From: Capsulimonadales bacterium
GTDB taxonomy: Bacteria; Armatimonadota; Armatimonadia; Armatimonadales; Armatimonadaceae
NCBI GenBank assembly: GCA_033762295.1
Contig: JANRLW010000032.1
Span: forward strand, 1 to 22,490
Reading direction: 5' to 3'
DNA: 22,490 nt
The notes beneath the pieces were generated by a model that ran no database searches, was not told the origin of the DNA, and was given only the letters and a program-made list of their open reading frames with translations. A program made the position numbers and the translations under genes. Position 1 is the first letter of the stretch; each line of letters begins with the position of its first letter. Below are positions 17,176 to 22,490 of this stretch, one piece after another.

Positions 17176-17438
17176 AAAACCTCCGGAAGGGTGTCAAAAG
17201 ACAGGTTGATCTTTCTGTCGTCCGGGAAGGCTCGTCCGTTAAAGGGACAGGGCAGGAAAGGACGAATCGCGGAGGGAATCCGTGTTCGGTGCATCGAACG
17301 AGCGTAAAGGGCGAAAACGCCGGGGTCCGGGCGACCTCCTGTTTTGCGTTCCCCGGCTGTCGAGGTGGTAACGGAGTTCCCGGCGCGACAACGGCCGGCG
17401 GACTCCTTTAACGAAAGAAGGGCGGAAAGAAGGTAATC

Positions 17439-17873
17439 ATGAGCAACGAACCGACGTCTCCGGTCGAAACCGGAGCTGTGAACGCACCCAATGTCCAAAA
17501 GATTCGCGCTTATCAGAAAGCGATGGCGGAGGGAGACTTTGCCGGGGCCGCTGCCATTTTTGACCCGGAGGTGCGATATATCGTGCCGGGAAACAACCGT
17601 CTGTCGGGTGACTACACCGGGGTCGAAGCCGTGATGGGCTACTTCGCTCGCCTGATGGAACTCACCGGCGGGACGTACGCTATCACCCATATGAACTGGC
17701 TTGTCTGCGAGGAGGACGTTTTGCTGGAAACCCGCAACACGGCCCGCATCGGCGAGAACGAACTGACCTGGGACGAAGCCATTCTGTTCCGTTTTGTCGA
17801 GGGTCGGAAAAAGGTCATCACGCTATTTCAGGCCGACCAGGAAGCGGTAGATCGGTTCTACGATACCCATTAA
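17439..17873 (+). CDS. SnoaL-like / NTF2 family protein
   Basis: GDFAGAAAIFDPEVRYIVPG...SGDYTG.EAV..YF pattern and C-terminal FRFVEG. 144 aa. Confidence 0.8.
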   Translation: MSNEPTSPVETGAVNAPNVQKIRAYQKAMAEGDFAGAAAIFDPEVRYIVPGNNRLSGDYTGVEAVMGYFARLMELTGGTYAITHMNWLVCEEDVLLETRNTARIGENELTWDEAILFRFVEGRKKVITLFQADQEAVDRFYDTH

Positions 17874-17874
17874 A

Positions 17875-17902
17875 CACCGGTCGGGGGATCCCCCGACCGG
17901 TG
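17875..17902. repeat. Perfect 28-bp palindrome after the SnoaL-like gene
   Basis: CACCGGTCGGGGGA|TCCCCCGACCGGTG. Confidence 0.9.
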
Positions 17903-17909
17903 ACAGGGG

Positions 17910-17938
17910 CAGGGTTGTCCTTGCCGTGGACAACCCTG
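17910..17938. repeat. Perfect 11-bp inverted repeat with a 7-bp spacer
   Basis: CAGGGTTGTCC-TTGCCGT-GGACAACCCTG. Confidence 0.9.
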
Positions 17939-17980
17939 AACCGTATATCGGCAAGAGATTGGAAAGCGATTCGGAAAGCG

Positions 17981-18748
17981 ATGTCGAAGCGTTCGTTTCG
18001 TGAGAGCGACCTGGCGTTTCCGGTGAAAAATTACCTGGAGGGGCAGGGCTATGTCGTACGGAGCGAGGTCCGGGATTGCGACATCACGGCGGTCCGGGGC
18101 GACGAACTGATCGTGATCGAACTGAAGCGGGGATTCACGATCGACCTTCTGATACAGGCCGTTCAGCGCCAGCAGGCGGCGGACAGCGTGTATGTGGCGA
18201 TTCCGTTTGCCGGGCGCAAAGGCGAGCGGTATACGCGCCGCTGGCGTGGGACGGAGCATTTGCTGAAGCGGCTGTCGCTCGGATTGATCCTGGTACATTT
18301 TTCGGCGGATACCGGAGAGGCGACGGCGGTGGAGGTGGTGTTTCATCCGATCCGGGAACCGTTACGGCGGCGGCGTCCGAAGCTCCGTCAGGCCATTCTC
18401 CGGGAGATTGCCGGTCGCTCGGAGGACTACAATATCGCCGGCGTTGCGGGTCGTCCGTTGCTGACCGCGTATCGCGAGCAGGCCATCTTCGTCGCGCTTT
18501 GCCTGGAAACGTTCGGGCCGCAATCGCCGTCCTGTCTTCGAACCCGTGGGGCTTCGCCGAAGGCCGGAGCGATCCTTCAGCGAAATGTTTATGGCTGGTT
18601 CGATCGCCCCGAGCGTGGGGTGTATACGGTTCGTCCGGGGGTGGTTGCGTACATCACGGAGAACTGGCCCGCCTTCGCGGCGAAATGCCGTGGGCAGTGG
18701 CCGCCGGTCGAAACCGGGACGGAGAACGGGCCCTCGCCGGAATCCTGA
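17981..18748 (+). CDS. DUF2161 family protein (putative PD-(D/E)XK fold)
   Basis: ESDL..PVK.YLE.QGYVVRSEV..CDI...IELK, LLIQA..RQ, TAYREQA, and ILQRNVYGWFDRPERGVY. Start at MSKR. Confidence 0.85.
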   Translation: MSKRSFRESDLAFPVKNYLEGQGYVVRSEVRDCDITAVRGDELIVIELKRGFTIDLLIQAVQRQQAADSVYVAIPFAGRKGERYTRRWRGTEHLLKRLSLGLILVHFSADTGEATAVEVVFHPIREPLRRRRPKLRQAILREIAGRSEDYNIAGVAGRPLLTAYREQAIFVALCLETFGPQSPSCLRTRGASPKAGAILQRNVYGWFDRPERGVYTVRPGVVAYITENWPAFAAKCRGQWPPVETGTENGPSPES

Positions 18749-18836
18749 AAACGGTATAAAATGGTCAGGTATGGTACCCGGCTCTCCGGAAAGGTAAGAC
18801 CGGAAATAGCGGGAACAAAGGAGCCCGGCAAGGTTC

Positions 18837-20039
18837 ATGGAGCGGAAGAAAGGTGAAAACGGAACCAGAGCGCTGTCGCCGTCGGTTCGCTATATGGTGT
18901 CCGTTCTGGAGGAGCGGATACGGTCGGGAGTGTATGTTCATGGGCGCTGGCTGCCCTCGGAACGCGCTCTGGCGGAGGAGTTTTCCGTTTGCCGTCCGAC
19001 GGTGCGTCAGGCGATCGTTCTACTGGAGCAGGGCAGCCTGATTCAGCGGACGGCGGGCCATCGCCCGATCGTCTGGAATCGTGCGGAAGCGGAACCGGGG
19101 AGCGACGAGCGGGAAAAGGACGGTTCCGCACGATTCGGGGGAACGCGTGCGGCGCAGACCGTGGCTCTCTGGATCTCCGGGACGCCGCGGGACATGGGGC
19201 CGATCGCATTGACCAACGGGGTGCACCAGGGTCTGGCCATGCTGGAGAGACCGCTCCGTCTGGTCATGTCCTGTCCTCAGGGAACGGAACATCCCGAGGT
19301 GATACGGTCGGAAGCGGCCGCGTTGCGCCGTCTGGCGGACGATCCCGATGTCGCGGGGGTCATCCTGTGGTACCTGGGAGGCGAGGAGAACCGCGCGGCG
19401 CTCGATTATCTGCGGGAGGCGGGAAAAGCGCTGGTTTTCGTCGATCGGGAACCGCCGCCGGGTTTTGAAGCGGATTTCGTCGGGGTACATAACATCCTGG
19501 CGGCGGCGGACGCCGTGCGCTACCTGATCGGACTCGGACATAGCGCCATCGCCCACGTGACCAATGCCGACCGTGCCTCCACCGTCCTCGAGCGGCTTCA
19601 GGGATACCAGGAGGCGTTACGCGGTGCGGGGATTCCGTTCCGGCCGGAACGGGTGTTGCAGGGGCCCTTCAAGACGGCTCGGGACGACGAGAGGCAGTGG
19701 CGGGAAATCGCCCATCAACTTTTTGCGATGCCGGAACCGCCCACCGCCGCGTTCGCCGTCAACGACTACACGGCGCATCAGTTGATCCGGAGTGTTCGCG
19801 CGATCGGTAAGCACGTTCCGGAGGACCTGGCGGTCGTCGGTTTCGATAACTCGGAACGGTGGTCGGTGGTCGATCCGTTCATGACTTCGGTATCTCAGCC
19901 GTTCGAACAGATCGGTAACGAAGCCGCCCGTCTGTTGCAGATCCGTCTGGCGTGGCCGCAGGTGCGGACTTTCCGTTACGTCCTGTTGCCGGCGGGCCTG
20001 GTCGTGCGCGCCTCTTCGGGACCATCGCTCGTCGGATAA
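18837..20039 (+). CDS. GntR-HTH / LacI-type sugar-binding domain transcriptional regulator (AraR-like architecture)
   Basis: N-terminal LPSERALAEEFSVCRPTVRQAI winged HTH. The C-terminal periplasmic-binding-like domain shows VFVDR, YLIGLGHSAIA, ERLQGY, AFAVND, VPEDLAVVGFD and TSVSQP. Confidence 0.92.
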   Translation: MERKKGENGTRALSPSVRYMVSVLEERIRSGVYVHGRWLPSERALAEEFSVCRPTVRQAIVLLEQGSLIQRTAGHRPIVWNRAEAEPGSDEREKDGSARFGGTRAAQTVALWISGTPRDMGPIALTNGVHQGLAMLERPLRLVMSCPQGTEHPEVIRSEAAALRRLADDPDVAGVILWYLGGEENRAALDYLREAGKALVFVDREPPPGFEADFVGVHNILAAADAVRYLIGLGHSAIAHVTNADRASTVLERLQGYQEALRGAGIPFRPERVLQGPFKTARDDERQWREIAHQLFAMPEPPTAAFAVNDYTAHQLIRSVRAIGKHVPEDLAVVGFDNSERWSVVDPFMTSVSQPFEQIGNEAARLLQIRLAWPQVRTFRYVLLPAGLVVRASSGPSLVG

Positions 20040-20199
20040 TTCGGTTCTTTTGGTCCGTTCGGTCCAATCGTTTGCGAAAATCGGATTTCTTAACGTGGAT
20101 TTAATATTTGTCCGGGGAAGGTAATGGTACACTGAGCTGTGCCCTCTCGTTTGGGGGGGGCCTACCGGTAAACGGACTACCTACCGTCGGAGGATTGCC

Positions 20200-21120
20200 A
20201 TGTCTTCTGCCCGTCGTTCTCAGGGCTACGCCTCTCGTCTCGAAGCGGGATTCACGCTGATCGAGCTCCTCGTCGTCATCGCCATCATCGCGATTCTGGC
20301 CGCGATTCTTTTCCCGGTCTTCGCTCAGGCCCGCGAAAAGGCCCGACAGACCTCCTGCCTTTCCAACATCAAGCAGCTGGCGCTCGGACACCTGATGTAT
20401 GCTCAGGACTACGATGAGCGGCTGGTGACTTCCTGGGCGCGCGGTCTGATCGGTCACTTCGACTGGAACATCCAGCCCTACCTGAAGAGCACCAAGATCC
20501 TGCTCTGCCCGTCCCGCAGCGTCTCCCCGTCCTCGCTGGCGACCGTTTGCGGACCGGGCAGCGACTACGGCGATTACTACCTGCGGCCGGGCGAACGCGA
20601 CAATCCGACCGATGAGCCGATCATCTGGGGCTACGGCTTCAACAACGGCGTCACCTGGAACGACGATCGCGGTCTGACCCAGGCGCAGACCTTCGACGCG
20701 CCGAACGCGAACGAAGTCTACTCGATCGTTGTCGGTGGACGAACGGTTTCGACGACGGTCCATCCGCGACCGCAGATCGGGGTGCCGCTGGCCTCCGTCG
20801 CCTCTCCGGCCATGTGTCTGATGGAAGGGGACACCTTCGAACTGCCGCGCATGAGCCTGCAGCTCGAGGGGCTGCGTCCGTCCCCGTGGCCGGGCTTCAA
20901 CGACGGTCCGTGCTTCCGGGCCACTCATGCCTCCCAGCCGGTGCACAGCGGTGGCAACAACTTCTCGTTCGTGGACGGCCATGCGAAGTGGTACCGCTAC
21001 GATGGACGCCCGACCGGCTTTGGCCAGCCGGCGTCCGTGAACGACCTCTGCATGTACTGGCGCAGCTACGAGGGTGGCAACAACCCGGACAACTGCAAAA
21101 CCTTCGGCATCGCTCCGTAA
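20200..21120 (+). CDS. Prepilin-type N-terminal cleavage/methylation protein with DUF1559 region and H-X9-DG motif
   Basis: [48 protein letters not shown], and C-terminal [23 protein letters not shown] upstream. Confidence 0.92.
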   Translation: MSSARRSQGYASRLEAGFTLIELLVVIAIIAILAAILFPVFAQAREKARQTSCLSNIKQLALGHLMYAQDYDERLVTSWARGLIGHFDWNIQPYLKSTKILLCPSRSVSPSSLATVCGPGSDYGDYYLRPGERDNPTDEPIIWGYGFNNGVTWNDDRGLTQAQTFDAPNANEVYSIVVGGRTVSTTVHPRPQIGVPLASVASPAMCLMEGDTFELPRMSLQLEGLRPSPWPGFNDGPCFRATHASQPVHSGGNNFSFVDGHAKWYRYDGRPTGFGQPASVNDLCMYWRSYEGGNNPDNCKTFGIAP

Positions 21121-21150
21121 AAGACGATCATTGTCGGTCGTCGGATTCCG

Positions 21151-21190
21151 AAAAAACAGGGGACTCGCTCAGGCGAGTCCCCTGCTTTTT
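21151..21190. terminator. Bidirectional intrinsic terminator
   Basis: A6, then the 12-bp stem CAGGGGACTCGC/GCGAGTCCCCTG with a 4-nt loop, then CTTTTT. It could serve the prepilin gene (+) and the original tRNA-Lys locus (-). Confidence 0.85.
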
Positions 21191-21341
21191 CGTCGCGACT
21201 TATGAGATCGGCAGATCCGTCAACGGAGAAAGGAAGGCATCCGGGCACGAGCCATGGACGGAAAGGCGGAATGCACGGGAACCTGACCGCAGGGAAGGGT
21301 GGCGCCGCCCGGGGAGAGAAGAACAAAAAGTGAATGGAGGA

Positions 21342-21387
21342 TGGGTTGTATAGGACTCGAACCTATGACCCGCTGATTAAGAGTCAG
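21342..21387 (-). pseudogene. 3' fragment of tRNA-Lys(CTT), positions 28-73; probable att site
   Basis: The minus strand reads CTGA-CTCTTAA-TCAGC-GGGTC-ATAGG-TTCGAGT-CCTAT-ACAACCC-A. The 5' acceptor strand and D-arm are absent upstream. Confidence 0.88.
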
Positions 21388-21475
21388 TTAGAAACCGAAA
21401 AGCTTGGGATGAGAGGCAAAACACTAGCGAGGACGATATTTTCCGGCCATCACCCACTGTACTAAACTCTCACCA

Positions 21476-21946
21476 TCATTCTACCCGATCGATGGGCAAA
21501 GCCACAAGGTTACCTGCAGTGATTTCTACAGGATTCGGGATATGAATAGGTGCGACGCTTTGAGACCTTTTACTGAGCACAGGAATTAGGGCATCGACGA
21601 TTTCTTGGATTATAGTTACATCAACGCCGGCTTCGGCCGCACCATCAACGAAAATTTCCGAACGTCGAAGCTCATCGTCATCAAAGAAGAAATTCGTCGA
21701 TACCCGAAGGATACGAGCGATCTTCCAAAGGTCAACGGCAGAGATATCGTTTCGACCTGTTTCATAGTGGGAGAAGGCAGGAACAGTTTTTCCAAGCGCT
21801 CTCGCCAAGACCTCTTGTTTTAACCCTAACATCTCGCGACGCTGTCCGATCCTCGCGCCGATACGCTTACGAACGTCCACAGTATCAATGTGTTCCTCAG
21901 CGAAAATCGATAGTTCTTTATCTGGTGTATTCACAGATTTACTCAT
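21476..21946 (-). CDS. XRE (Cro/CI-type HTH) family transcriptional regulator
   Basis: IGARIGQRREMLGLKQEVLARALGKTVPAFSHYETGRNDISAVDLWKIARILRVSTNFFF. Confidence 0.9.
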   Translation of the reverse strand: MSKSVNTPDKELSIFAEEHIDTVDVRKRIGARIGQRREMLGLKQEVLARALGKTVPAFSHYETGRNDISAVDLWKIARILRVSTNFFFDDDELRRSEIFVDGAAEAGVDVTIIQEIVDALIPVLSKRSQSVAPIHIPNPVEITAGNLVALPIDRVE

Positions 21947-21952
21947 GATAAA

Positions 21953-21982
21953 ATTTTACCTTGAGTTTCATTGATTGCGCAA
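21953..21982 (-). promoter_or_regulatory. Putative promoter for a leaderless XRE transcript
   Basis: Minus strand TTGCGC (21982-21977), 18-nt spacer, TAAAAT (21958-21953), 6 nt, ATG 21946. Confidence 0.6.
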
Positions 21983-22054
21983 ACCACACGGGAGAGCGTC
22001 CGAGAATTTGTGTAAAGCCGCCCCTCGGTTCTACAGTGCCATCCTCTCTTCGAA

Positions 22055-22490
22055 TATTGACGCGATAAAAATGCTGTAAACTATCGGCATAAAAACCGGC
22101 AGCGATTGGCAAACCGAGCGACGGCTTCGCGCGGTCGAATTGTACCAGAAAGGCTGGCAACAGAAACTCATCGCCGAAGCTCTCGGCGTCACCAAAGGCG
22201 CGATCAGCCAGTGGATCAAACGGGCCAAGGACCTACCCCCCCGAGGAGCAAAGACACGCCCTCACTGTCAAGAAGAGTCCGGGCAGGCCGCCCAAGGTCA
22301 CCGCAGAACACCGCAAGCGACTGACACAACTCGTCGACCAGGGACCCGAAGCCTTTGGCTTCGTCGGCGATGTTTGGACTGCCAAGCGTCTTCAGACCGT
22401 GGCTCGACAGAAGATGGACCTGCGGGTCAGTGTGGCCACCATCAAGAATATCCTGCGTCAGGAAGGATATTCGGTGCAGAAACCTCAGGT
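22055..22490 (+). mobile_element. IS630 family insertion sequence, left part (left end tentative at TA 22055-22056)
   Basis: Transposase HTH region downstream. IS630 elements insert at TA. The left end cannot be confirmed without the right inverted repeat (alternative TA at 22032). Confidence 0.6.
22089..22490 (+). CDS. IS630 family transposase, N-terminal winged-HTH region (runs off the window; no canonical start)
   Basis: Manual translation: IKTGSDWQTERRLRAVELYQKGWQQKLIAEALGVTKGAISQWIKRAK...SPGRPPK...LVDQGPEAFGFVGDVWTAKRL...IKNILRQEGYSVQKPQ. Not present in the ORF track. Confidence 0.85.
   Translation, partial: MKTGSDWQTERRLRAVELYQKGWQQKLIAEALGVTKGAISQWIKRAKDLPPRGAKTRPHCQEESGQAAQGHRRTPQATDTTRRPGTRSLWLRRRCLDCQASSDRGSTEDGPAGQCGHHQEYPASGRIFGAETSG

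Larger units (their letters stand above)
21342..22490. mobile_element. Border of an integrated element (genomic island or prophage) inserted at tRNA-Lys, extending beyond the window
   Basis: Truncated tRNA, lower GC (31/60 at 21481-21540 and 18/60 at 21901-21960, versus 44/60 at 2341-2400), XRE regulator and IS. No integrase is visible in the window. Confidence 0.72.

Noticed and set aside
21342..21420. Intact or intron-split tRNA-Lys
   Set aside because: The 5' half is absent, and the break lies at the 5' side of the anticodon stem rather than in the loop where bacterial group I tRNA introns sit.

Overview
GC-rich bacterial chromosome segment, probably Armatimonadota (inferred from the style of the prepilin/H-X9-DG protein and its GntR-LacI regulator). 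It opens with the 3' end of an rRNA operon: the 23S 3' end, a ~380-nt structured and repeat-containing spacer, 5S, and a long hairpin. Next come aat and a DUF2239 gene, a Uup-like ABC-F ATPase, a GH109-like oxidoreductase, and a minus-strand operon M16 peptidase-dapB-hybrid histidine kinase-asd-dapA divergent from mutL. These are followed by a large secreted protein, a RimJ/RimL GNAT, a SnoaL-like protein, a DUF2161 protein, a GntR-LacI regulator and a DUF1559-type prepilin-like protein. The window ends at the border of an integrated element: a 46-nt 3' fragment of tRNA-Lys(CTT) (att site), a drop in GC, an XRE regulator, and the start of an IS630 transposase that the ORF track missed. The most notable observations are the tRNA-Lys att boundary, repeated TANNNT-N6/7-start leaderless gene starts (including an IS630 ORF with ATA at that position), a kinase with two degenerate receiver domains embedded in the dap operon, and tandem repeats in the 23S-5S spacer. 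No clearly new system is proven. All family assignments come from motif recognition, not database searches.
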